A stretch of DNA of 61,431 bases, counting the filler. It is 3 parts of 3 records of this genome, joined end to end, with 100 filler letters (N's around TTAATTAATTAA, not from the genome) between each part and the next. Parts side by side here need not be neighbours in the genome. Positions count along the whole stretch, not along the records: positions 1 to 30,570 come from SRR31156797_5481; 2 more parts are not named here. One strand, written 5' to 3'. The notes below the pieces were generated by a model. That model saw nothing but the letters and a program-made list of their open reading frames with translations. It did not search any database and was not told the DNA's origin. This document shows, piece after piece, positions 1 to 9,167 of the stretch. The position numbers were made by a program, and so were the translations under genes. Each line of letters begins with the position of its first letter. Position 1 is the stretch's first letter.

Positions 1-1
1 T

Positions 2-1117
2 GTTGACTGGGAAACTTTTGAGTATGACCTTTCTAATCTAGAGAATACTGAAGATGAAGTTTATTTTGCCTGGAAAATGACAGCACCTGAAGTATGTTTT
101 TATAGTTTTGATAATGTAATCCTGACAGAAGGTAGTGGTGGGACCGAGCTTTGTGTTCCTGAATATAACACAGGTTGCGAATGGGGCGATGGTTTCACCG
201 ATTTTGCCTTAGCCGAAATCGAAAACTATGGATCAAGCTGTGCCGATCTTAATGGTGTAGGTTGGAGCCAGTATTTCGATTTAGGCCCTGCCGAATTAAC
301 CCCGGGTGAAACTTATACTGTTACCATGGGTTCAGGGTACACATTAAATTTTGCTACAGTCTGGATCGACTGGAATGATGACCTGGAATTTACAGAAGAT
401 GAGCAGGTAATTTTTAATGAAGCACTTCCGGAGGCCGGAGAACTGGCTTACGTAGATATTACCATTCCTGTTGATGCCCCTACGGGCATGCACGTAATGA
501 GAGCCCGTACAAATTTTGACGGGGACTGCCTTGATCCTTGCGAAGAATACTTTTATGGTGAAGCAGAAGATTACATGGTGCTGGTTGGTACAGGCAGCGA
601 ATTGGGTAAAATCCAGGGCTTTGTACGTGATGCCGAAACCAACATCGCAATTGATGAAGCGATGATTAGTGCTGTAAACGCTGAAGATGAAACCTACACC
701 ACCGCAACACCTTTTGGTTCACATTATCAAATGATGTTAACTGCAGGAACTTATGCCGTTTCATGCGCATCAGATGGCTACGTTACAAGTGTTGTTGAGA
801 ATGTTGAAATTGTAGCCGGAGAAAATGTAAATCATACGTTCTATCTCGAACCGGCTAAAATTGTAACTGGGCTGGGTGAAGATAACACAATGCAAACCAA
901 GGTTTTTCCAAACCCGGCAAAAGATAAATTCTTTATCGAAACACCCAGTGGGCTTGATAAAATCCAAATGATAGATGTTGCAGGTCAGATGATTCATGAA
1001 CAAACGGTTTCTGGAAATAAAGCAGAGATTTCCACCTCCGGTTTTGAACCAGGTATTTATTTTGTTAAACTGATCTCCGATGATCAAATCATCACCCGTA
1101 AGTTGATGATTGAATAA
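2..1117 (+). CDS. 5'-truncated secreted protein: GEVED domain, carboxypeptidase-regulatory-like domain and T9SS type A C-terminal sorting domain
   Basis: Frame is open from nt 2. WIDWNDD...F and YGEAEDY are GEVED motifs. The C-terminus VFPNPAKD...GIYFVKL...RKLMIE is a T9SS CTD. Confidence 0.85.
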   Translation, partial: VDWETFEYDLSNLENTEDEVYFAWKMTAPEVCFYSFDNVILTEGSGGTELCVPEYNTGCEWGDGFTDFALAEIENYGSSCADLNGVGWSQYFDLGPAELTPGETYTVTMGSGYTLNFATVWIDWNDDLEFTEDEQVIFNEALPEAGELAYVDITIPVDAPTGMHVMRARTNFDGDCLDPCEEYFYGEAEDYMVLVGTGSELGKIQGFVRDAETNIAIDEAMISAVNAEDETYTTATPFGSHYQMMLTAGTYAVSCASDGYVTSVVENVEIVAGENVNHTFYLEPAKIVTGLGEDNTMQTKVFPNPAKDKFFIETPSGLDKIQMIDVAGQMIHEQTVSGNKAEISTSGFEPGIYFVKLISDDQIITRKLMIE

Positions 1118-1122
1118 AACAA

Positions 1123-1170
1123 ATTCACGGGATGACTACGCTCGGCTTTAAGCGTAGTCACCCCGTGAAT
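1123..1170. terminator. Hairpin between convergent genes, probable terminator
   Basis: Arms ATTCACGGGATGACTACGCT / AGCGTAGTCACCCCGTGAAT are 19/20 complementary with an 8-nt loop. No strong U-tract. Confidence 0.6.
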
Positions 1171-1196
1171 GTTATAAAGTAGATAAGTTGTGATAC

Positions 1197-2366
1197 TTAT
1201 TGGTATTTCTCTCTGAGGATTTTAGCTGCCGAAACCATTTGCTTCAATTTTTTAAACGCATTCTCATCATCGTTTACACACCTTTCGGCGAAGCAGCCAA
1301 ATCCGCAATCAGTGTTGAGGAATATTTGCTCCGGCTTATAATATTGCAATGCTTCTTCTGCTTTGGCTACGATAAAATCGACAGATTCTATTTCGTCCGT
1401 CCGGGGATTAATTACGCCCAATCCCAGTTCTTTATCATTAAGGGCTTTTCCAACAATTTCAATTTCACCCGCTCTTGGCGTGGCATATTCAAGCACAAAT
1501 TGCTTTACGTTCATTTTCTCGAATGCAGGAAGTAAGGGCAGATAATCGCCTGTTAAAAGGGTTTCTTCATTTCTGCTCCAGTTTCCCCGACATACGTGAA
1601 TGCCAGTTCTCATATCTTCAAAACCATCAACTACCCTGTTGATGAGTTCCGCTGCGTAGTTCAACTCCGTGTCTGCATCTGACCGGGTTGCAAGGGTAGC
1701 TCACATGAAAGTCCGCCGGTCGCAATCCTCCGACATCACAATTTCGGTAAGCACCGGCTCATCAAATTGTACAAATTCACAACCTGCATCACGTAAGTCG
1801 CTCAACTCCTCACGCAAAATCCTCACCACATCATCAGCCATTTCCAGCTTGTTGTTGTAGCCATTTCTGGAGTAAGCTCCAACCCACATGGAACGAGTGA
1901 GCAGGTATGGGCCCGGTAAAGTAATTTTAACCGGTTTATCGGTAAAGCGCTTTACAAAATTGAATTCATCAAGTGTTAATGATCCCTTCCTCGAAAGTTT
2001 TCCAACGCATGTTGGATTTTTTATTGAAGATGCCGGTACATCTAATGTATCCAGCATCTCTTCGAAGCTTTCCTTGTTTTCGATGGTGTCGAGCATATCA
2101 GCCAGCGACATCAATTGTGTTCCTTCGAGTTTATCTGTAAGAAAGGAATAAAAATTATCACGATGATGTTCGCCCTCTACCAGTACATCCACATCAGCCT
2201 CCAACTGGTATTCGATACAGCGCTCAGCTTCCTGGTTTGCAACTTCGTTAAATTCTTCTTCGCTGATCCTGCCCTTTTGTTTGTCGCGCAAAGCCTTTAG
2301 CAGCGTTCTTGAGCGGGGCCAGCTTCCAACCTGGGTAACAGGAAACAGTTGATTACTCTTATACAT
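1197..2366 (-). CDS. Cobalamin-independent methionine synthase II (MetE C-terminal-like) family protein, 389 aa if the in-frame UGA at 1701-1703 is decoded (candidate selenocysteine)
   Basis: ORFs 1701-2366 and 1197-1664 are in the same frame, joined by RRTFM-UGA-ATLATRSDADTEL. Family motifs present: VGSWPRS, VQFDEP, Zn ligands HVC, LEY and DCGF. Confidence 0.85.
1662..1690 (-). promoter_or_regulatory. Candidate bacterial SECIS element
   Basis: Starts at nt +11 after the UGA: CAAC-CCG-GTC[AGATGCA]GAC-A-CGG-A-GTTG, with G at position 2 of the apical loop. Confidence 0.55.
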
Positions 2367-2384
2367 AAATCTGTTTGATTGGTT

Positions 2385-3128
2385 TTAAACGATGTTAACC
2401 TTCATATTAATTTCGGTGCTTTTTACAAGGGTTGCATAAATTGGCGAGCGATTGACAGTTTGCTCCCAAATGGCTTTAATCTTTTTTGGATCATCCATCG
2501 AAGTGATGAAACACTTGATATCAATTTTGGAAATTCCCGGATAACCTTCTTCCATTCCCAGATGGGCAAGAATATTTTCAAGCTGGCAACGGACTGTTAT
2601 TTCTATATCGTCAATATCAAGTCCTGCTTTTGCACTTTCGGTAGCAAATGATGTGGATAGGGAAGCAGATAGTGCGCCGGTAAAATATTCAATCGCAGAA
2701 GGATATTTGTCTTTTTCCTCGAAACTTGCAGCCTGGCCAACATCAAACGAGAAATTCCTGCAATAGACGGTACTTTTTAAATGGCCTGTTGAACGTGTTC
2801 GCAATCGCCACTCATATTCACGGGCCTTTTTTTTGTCTTCTTCCAGGGCTTCATTATCATTTTCGGCCTTTTCGTTTTTCCTGATAAAATACCTGGCCTG
2901 ATTGGGTGCTCCCAGCAAGCCCAGATAATCGTGGCCAACCATCCTGCACCAGGGCGGCAGATCATCACACACTGTGGGCTCAAGGCTTCGCATTTCCAGT
3001 ATTCCCCCTACCGGGACCTTTTGCATATTTTCCCGGATCAGCAATACCAGCCCTGACCCACAATCCAAATCCCCACCATCAAATACATGGTCTGGTGTTA
3101 TTGATTCAAGGTTTTGTTCTTTACTCAT
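2385..3128 (-). CDS. TusA-family sulfurtransferase fused to an OsmC-like domain
   Basis: N-terminal DGGDLDCGSG...DLPPWC is TusA-like. The C-terminal OsmC-like region has Ser at the usual Cys sites (ALSAS, RSP). Confidence 0.8.
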   Translation of the reverse strand: MSKEQNLESITPDHVFDGGDLDCGSGLVLLIRENMQKVPVGGILEMRSLEPTVCDDLPPWCRMVGHDYLGLLGAPNQARYFIRKNEKAENDNEALEEDKKKAREYEWRLRTRSTGHLKSTVYCRNFSFDVGQAASFEEKDKYPSAIEYFTGALSASLSTSFATESAKAGLDIDDIEITVRCQLENILAHLGMEEGYPGISKIDIKCFITSMDDPKKIKAIWEQTVNRSPIYATLVKSTEINMKVNIV

Positions 3129-3130
3129 CG

Positions 3131-3496
3131 TTAATAGGTAATACAGGGAGTTCCCTCTGATAATAGTTCTACAAGTACAGCTCCACCAGCAGGTGTTGCC
3201 CCGTCAATCAGCATATCTTCCGTGATTCCCCTGGTTTTTAAACATGGTGTACAAACCAGAATTTTCCCACCATTTTCTACAAACGTATCCACCAACTCCT
3301 TAAGTGGTTTAAAAGGCTCGCCAATACTGATTTTATCGGCCTCGCCTTTTACAGCTGCCCAAACGCCATCGGTGCTTAAGAATATTGTTGTGTCCTTTTC
3401 GGAACCTAATGCAGCATTTGCTACTACAAACCCTACAGTTGCTGTGTCAGGGTTTTTGTGACAATTGATAATTGAAACGCAAAATTTGTTGTTCAT
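3131..3496 (-). CDS. DsrE family protein
   Basis: IFLSTDGV and GGKILVCTPCLKTRGI motifs, 121 aa. Confidence 0.85.
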   Translation of the reverse strand: MNNKFCVSIINCHKNPDTATVGFVVANAALGSEKDTTIFLSTDGVWAAVKGEADKISIGEPFKPLKELVDTFVENGGKILVCTPCLKTRGITEDMLIDGATPAGGAVLVELLSEGTPCITY

Positions 3497-3518
3497 CAGT
3501 ATATTATTTTAAATTAAA

Positions 3519-3773
3519 CTATTTCTTTTCGATCAGGAAAAACGGAGGTTCGCCGGCATGCATCCTGTTTCCGGTAGAGCGGCACCACGACAATACATCA
3601 CCCGGATCAAGTGCTTTCAATCGAACCATGGTACCCGACTCAAGAGTCTTAAAAAACTTAAACAAAGCCATAACCAGGTCTCCACAACCAAGCTCTTTGG
3701 TGTCTAACTCAGTGTCAAACTCCCAGTGTACCGGAGCCGAAACGGTGAGTTTGTTATTTGATTGGTTTTTCAA
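3519..3773 (-). CDS. TusA/SirA-family sulfur carrier
   Basis: LDTKELGCGDLV...ALDPG..SWCRSTGN motif. TTG start. Confidence 0.75.
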   Translation of the reverse strand: MKNQSNNKLTVSAPVHWEFDTELDTKELGCGDLVMALFKFFKTLESGTMVRLKALDPGDVLSWCRSTGNRMHAGEPPFFLIEKK

Positions 3774-3804
3774 GGTACAGGTTATGTTCGAATATTAAAC
3801 ATCG

Positions 3805-3812
3805 CAAACATA
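3805..3812 (-). promoter_or_regulatory. Bacteroidota -7 promoter element of the tusA-dsrE operon
   Basis: TATGTTTG matches TAnnTTTG. It is overlapped by the palindrome AAACATATGTTT (3806-3817). Confidence 0.5.
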
Positions 3813-3970
3813 TGTTTATTATTGGATGTGATGAAATCAATTAAAAATTTACCAGAAAATTTTGTTTGGAAATCTACAATGATTGAGTAGTTGAATAGCC
3901 TTTTTTTAAAGGGTTCGCAGCCCCGACTGAAAGGAGGGGATAGCAACCCTGAAATTTGATCAACCGGGGT

Positions 3971-6900
3971 TTATTCAAATGCAATCAATGCAAGTTGGCC
4001 CATAAGATTATGGGTAATCTGCAAAGCAGCAATTATTTTTTGATAATGCACAATATCATCATACGCCAGGCTACGGCCTTTACGGTCTTTGAGCCATTTC
4101 TATGCAGGCTGATAGCCGCCGATATAAAACTGCCAGGCCGTTTCAGGTACCTGATCAAAATATTGCCCTTTGTTGATCCACACTTTTCCATCATCGAAAA
4201 ACACTTTTTCTACCTCATTTGTGCCTGATACCGGAAAAGTAGTAATGAGCCGATCCAGCTCTTTGGTTTCCATAAGATGGGTTTTACGCAGTACTGTGCC
4301 AAATTTCGCCAGTTTAAAAAAGGTCCCGGCATCTTTGGGGTAAGGTATGCGGGGGAAATCAATTTTAAGAAACTCCCGGTATTTCTCCCGGTAGCCGGGA
4401 TGGTGCAGAATGGCGTAAATATAGTCAAGTATCTTCACTGCCCCGAAAAGGCCATCGCAACCGGCAGCAAGGTCAACCACAATGTTTTCGTCCCATAAAA
4501 AAGCGTGGTTTATTTTTGATGCGATTTGCTCAACGATTTCTTCGTTTAGGTTGGGTTTTTTATCGGGGCTTTTTTCTATGGATTGTTGAGGGTTTGATTC
4601 AGGGTAAAGATAAAGTGGGAAAACTGTGCCGCCACCTCTGTAAAAAATATTTTGATCGGAGATTGAATTTGCAATAAATGATAAGTTCCATTGCATTCCA
4701 CCAACGGCTTGTCCTTGTCTCCCAGAAATTAAAGCCCAATTTGCTTTGCTCTGAAAGTTTCGCATTATCCGGTTTTGACTGTATGCAAAAAATCCTTTTG
4801 GTTTCCCAGTATAATACGTGTATCGTTTGTCAAACGGACGGTAAACAATCTCTCGAAAGTTATTATTAGAAAAGTTCTCCTTCAAATCTAAAATAGCTTT
4901 TGAAAGTACCCAATCTCGGCTATCCGATTTAATGTTATATTTTATTCGAATATCATTTTCTGGTAATGAAGTTAAAAAACCTATCCTTTTATTCAATTCA
5001 TCTTTATCAAAATCAACTGTGATTGAATCATTTTTTGATAATACCCCAAGTGAATATTCTAAAAAAAATCAGTCAAACTAAACCCACTATTATAGTCCGC
5101 TTCCAGTTCAAAATTCTTTTCTAACATAAAATAGTTGGGGGCTGCATTGGGCAATTCTTTATAGGGTAGGGTTGCGAGGCTGTTGGTGAACAGAAACCTG
5201 TATTTTTCTTCCCTTTTTCCGTAAAGGTCATAATGGAAAAACCTGCCAAGGTCATCGGGATTCTTTTTCCCTGTTTTCACAAAGAGGTTAATGGAAACGC
5301 CCTGCTGGATATCAAAAACATTTTCGTCGGGCGAGCCATCGGGGCACACTTCTTTTTTCTTGCTGTTGCCGTGCAGGTCGATGGTGTAAATTTTATCATA
5401 GGTTTTCAGCAGGTACCAGCGCATGCCTCTAAAAGTAGGGTTATCCAAAAAACCGTGCGGATTAATGAAAGCCAGTATTCCTTCCTTATTTTTTTCGATA
5501 AAATATTGGCTGTAGCGCATAAATTTTACATAATCATCATTGATCCACTTTGGGTTTTTCTCCTGCAATTTCACTTTGCCACCGGGTTCTTTTTTGTAAT
5601 CTTCCATCAAATCCATAATCCATTTGCCCTTGTTTTGGCTTTCGCCGCTGTAAGGCGGGTTTCCGAGCACCACCATTACGGGCGTATCGCGTTTTATGTG
5701 GTTGGCTTCGTTGGCTTCGGAGGAGAGCCAGCTGGCAAAAAGCGTTCCGGTGTCGGGGTGATGTTCTTCGAGCGAGTTGGTAAGATAAACTTTTAGCCGT
5801 TGGTTGCGGGTAGGTTTGTATCCGGTTTCCTGGAGCAGCATTTCCAGCTTCAGGTGTGCCATAGCGTATGAGGCCATCAATATTTCGAAACCATGCAGGC
5901 GGGGTATCAGGTGCTTTTCCACGTAATCGCTCCAGATTCCTTCCTGTCCATCAAACTTATGGTGGATTTGTTTTACCACTTGCGCCAAAAAAGTTCCGGT
6001 TCCTGCTGCCGGGTCAAGAATCTGAACTTTGTGGGTTTCAAAACGGCCTTCAGTAACACCTTTTCTTCCCTGATAAATATGGCGTTTGTCACCGGTAACC
6101 ATGGGTGTTTTCACAATTACTTTTGAGGTATCTGCCAATCCTTGTGGCAGTCCAAATTCTTTGATCAGGACATCGTCAACAGCCCTCACAATATAATCAA
6201 CCACAGGTTCAGGGGTGTACCATACGCCACGGCTTTTGCGCAGTTTGGGATCATATTCAGCTAAAAAGGTTTCGTAAAAATGAATGATAGGATCGGTTTG
6301 TTGCGTGCTTTTGCCAAAGTCGTTGAGCAAAACGCCAACATCGGCAGCGGCAAATACTTCGGCCAGTGCATCTACAATCCAGCGCAGGCGATCATCCAGG
6401 TCGTATCCTGCAATGTATTGAAAAAGCCGGCGCAAAAAAGGATTTGATTTGGGGATCAGTTCTGCTGCTTCCTGCCGGCTAAAGTCGTACAGGGTTTTAT
6501 CGTTGAGCCTGGCGGCAAACATTCCGTAGGCAATGGTTTGTGCATAAATATCCGAAAAATCTTTTGGCGTAATATCATGGATCAACACATCTTTAAAAGC
6601 TTTATACTGATCGGTGAGGCCGTTGTCGGGCATATCATAAATGCCTTGCTTTCGCCTCGCTTCATCCATGTTTATGGCATTTTCGATGATGTCGGCCATC
6701 ATTCTTGCTTTTGCAGCCATCAGCTTTGACAGGCTTTGTGCCCCTTTAATCGTAATTCCTGTAAAAGTCGCAAAAGCTTCAATCAGTTGTTCAAATTCTG
6801 TTTCATTGTTTGGTGTTGATATAAGCCGGTCGCTAACTATTTCAGCAAGGTTTACTTTGTTCACAAACTCACCGTTGCGAAATAAACGGAACTCAATATA

Positions 6901-7167
6901 ATCGGTGATGATGAGATTGCTGAGTGATTTTTTGTAGCGGGTAAATTGCTCCTTGTAATCTTTGCTGTTGAGCGATTTCCCAATGTCTTTGGCTTCGATG
7001 TAGCCAATGGGCAGTCCTTTTTTTGTGATGATATAATCCGGTGCACCACATTCAATTCTCGAAGGCTCATTGGTAACGGTAATCCCAGAGAGCATTTGCT
7101 CCAGTAATTCCTGCAGGTCGGGGCGATAACTGTGTTCTGCGGAACTTTTCCCTGGTATTGTATGCAT
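3971..7167 (-). pseudogene. Type ISP/IIG-like restriction-modification N6-adenine methyltransferase with C-terminal specificity region, disrupted twice
   Basis: Motifs EHSYR, GVWYTP, LDPAAGTGTF and GNPPY. Frameshift at the T8 tract (5061-5068). In-frame TAG at 4100-4102 inside GGYQPA*KWLKDRKGR, after which the frame continues to TAA at 3971. Confidence 0.85.
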
Positions 7168-7213
7168 GTCTGTAAAGTTTTACCAAAAACTGACCTGACT
7201 AACACAAAAATTC

Positions 7214-7231
7214 TGTACATTATCTTGTACA
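7214..7231. promoter_or_regulatory. YefM-type operator: two TGTACA palindromes 12 bp apart
   Basis: TGTACA at 7214-7219 and 7226-7231, upstream of a TAATTTTG -7 element and the yefM start. Confidence 0.75.
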
Positions 7232-7280
7232 TATGCTAAAAATATTAATTTTGCCGTCTTATTTGTAAATTCAAAAAATC

Positions 7281-7535
7281 ATGGAAATTACAACCTTCAC
7301 AAACTTTCGGCAGAACCTGAAGTCCTACCTGGATTTGATTTTTAGTTCCCGCGCCCCACTGTTTGTTACCCGGACAAAAGGAGAAGATGTAGTAGTGCTT
7401 TCAAAAACGGATTATGAAGGTATGCAGGAAACCATTCACCTTCTTTCCAGTCCTAAAAATGCTGAAAGGATTGCTATTGCTCTAAAAGAATATGAAGAAG
7501 GTAAAGGAGTATCCAGGCAATTAATTGAGGAATAA
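7281..7535 (+). CDS. yefM: Phd/YefM family antitoxin
   Basis: FTNFRQNLKSYLD...VVVLS...ETIHLLSSPKNAERI. Stop overlaps the toxin start. Confidence 0.92.
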   Translation: MEITTFTNFRQNLKSYLDLIFSSRAPLFVTRTKGEDVVVLSKTDYEGMQETIHLLSSPKNAERIAIALKEYEEGKGVSRQLIEE

Positions 7536-7789
7536 TGGAATTGATTTTTATGTCGCCGGCCTGGGAAGATTATTTATATTGGCAGCAAAGCGATAAAAAG
7601 CTACTTATCAGGATAAATGAACTTATAAAACAGTGTCAAAGGTCTCCGTTTGAAGGCATTGGAAAACCGGAGCTTTTAAGAGGCAATTTGGCGGGCTGGT
7701 GGTCCAGAAGAATTGATCACGAACACCGGTTGGTTTATAAAGCCGAAAACGAAAAGCTTTATATTCTGCAATGCAGAAAGCATTATTAA
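7535..7789 (+). CDS. yoeB: Txe/YoeB family toxin
   Basis: AWEDYLYWQ, PFEGIGKPE, WSRRIDHEHRLVY and C-terminal HY. Confidence 0.95.
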   Translation: MELIFMSPAWEDYLYWQQSDKKLLIRINELIKQCQRSPFEGIGKPELLRGNLAGWWSRRIDHEHRLVYKAENEKLYILQCRKHY

Positions 7790-7849
7790 TCTGTACTGTC
7801 AATTCGTTTGTTTGGATCTTCAAAACCCATATTTCGTATCTTCGCCTCA

Positions 7850-8629
7850 ATGAAAAACATCGAGATCAGAACCGTAAACGTGGTTCAGTATAAGCAGGCT
7901 TTGCGCGAGGGGGGCTCATTGCCGGCCATCGTAAAAGCGGACGACGATTTCAACTACGTGTTGAAATTCAGGGGTGCCGGACAGGGTAAAAAGGCACTCA
8001 TCGCTGAATTACTGGGGGCTGAGCTGGCCAGAAGTTTTGGGTTGAATGTTCCGGAAATTGTGTTTATGAACCTCGATGAGCGGTTTAGTAAAACCGAACC
8101 GGATGAGGAAATACAGGACCTGTTGGATTTTAGCATCGGGCTGAACCTCGGGATACATTTTATTTCAGGAGCCATAATTTACGACCCTTTAGTACCAAGG
8201 ATCGATTACCTAACGGCCTCTAAGATTGTATTGCTCGACAGTATGATCAGCAACATCGACCGGACAGCCAAAAATACCAATCTCCTGATGTGGGATAAAC
8301 GCATGTGGCTGATCGACCATGGAGCAGCATTTTATTTTCATCACAACTGGAAAACATGGAAAAGCCATTTGGGGCGGACGTTCCCGTTTGTAAAAGATCA
8401 TGTTTTACTCAAGATGGCTAAGCAGCTTCCTGATGCTGCACAGGAAATCAAAGCATTATACAAGATTGATTTGGTGAAGGAAATCGTGGATGCCATTCCG
8501 GATGACTGGCTGACCCACGAAACTGATCCCTTGAGTGTGAAGGAACAGCGTGATGCGTATGTCAAGTTTATCGACACCAGGTTTAATAATTTGGATGCAC
8601 TCCTAAAAGAAGCCGAAGATGCAAGATAG
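7850..8629 (+). CDS. HipA-like kinase (HipA_2 type)
   Basis: LREGGSLP, YVLKFRGAGQG, NIDRTAKNTN and LIDHGA motifs. ATG 7850 follows a TATCTTCG -7-like element. Confidence 0.85.
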   Translation: MKNIEIRTVNVVQYKQALREGGSLPAIVKADDDFNYVLKFRGAGQGKKALIAELLGAELARSFGLNVPEIVFMNLDERFSKTEPDEEIQDLLDFSIGLNLGIHFISGAIIYDPLVPRIDYLTASKIVLLDSMISNIDRTAKNTNLLMWDKRMWLIDHGAAFYFHHNWKTWKSHLGRTFPFVKDHVLLKMAKQLPDAAQEIKALYKIDLVKEIVDAIPDDWLTHETDPLSVKEQRDAYVKFIDTRFNNLDALLKEAEDAR

Positions 8630-9002
8630 GGTTACATACGAATATGTCATCATCAGGCTGGTACCGGTCGTTGAACGGGAGGAGTTCGTCAATGTTGGTG
8701 TGATCCTATTTTCCAAACGCAAAAAATTCCTCGGGATGAAATATCACATCAACCGGAAACGACTTACCTCATTTTGCGAATCAGTGGATATCGATTTTGT
8801 TGAAGAATATCTCAGGGGATGGGAAGCTATTTGCAAAGGAAATCCCGATGGAGGGCCCATCGGTGAATTTGATTTGGCCGACCGTTTTCGCTGGCTGGCC
8901 GCGACAAAAAGCACCATGCTTCAGTGCTCACCTACTCATCCGGGATTGTGTTTCTCTCCCGAAAACGAACTGAAAGATCTTTTCAACCGCTATGTTTTGT
9001 AG
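8619..9002 (+). CDS. DUF3037 domain protein
   Basis: YEYVIIRLVP..EREEFVNVGVIL and RFRWLAA...HPGLC. Overlaps the kinase stop. Confidence 0.85.
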   Translation: MQDRVTYEYVIIRLVPVVEREEFVNVGVILFSKRKKFLGMKYHINRKRLTSFCESVDIDFVEEYLRGWEAICKGNPDGGPIGEFDLADRFRWLAATKSTMLQCSPTHPGLCFSPENELKDLFNRYVL

Positions 9003-9167
9003 TCGGGTATTAAAATTAGCTAAAGCTCATTGGTTATTGTGCTTTCAGAGATATCCTGCTACTAATAATTCCACCCTTTGGTTTTTTTTGATTAGAATCC
9101 TGAACAAGATTCCCTTTGTTTTACCTTTGTCTGCTTGATGAATTAATTGAATCGAATAAAACAGATC

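Noticed and set aside
3910-3950. Riboswitch upstream of the sulfur-relay operon
   Set aside because: The hairpin lies upstream of the predicted promoter (3805-3812) and matches no SAM or cobalamin consensus I recognise. It is more likely the 3' structure of the R-M gene.
1701-4102. Genome-wide stop-codon reassignment explaining the in-frame TGA and TAG
   Set aside because: Intact genes on the same contig end at TGA (e.g. 16993, 21017) and TAG (e.g. 9002, 12866).
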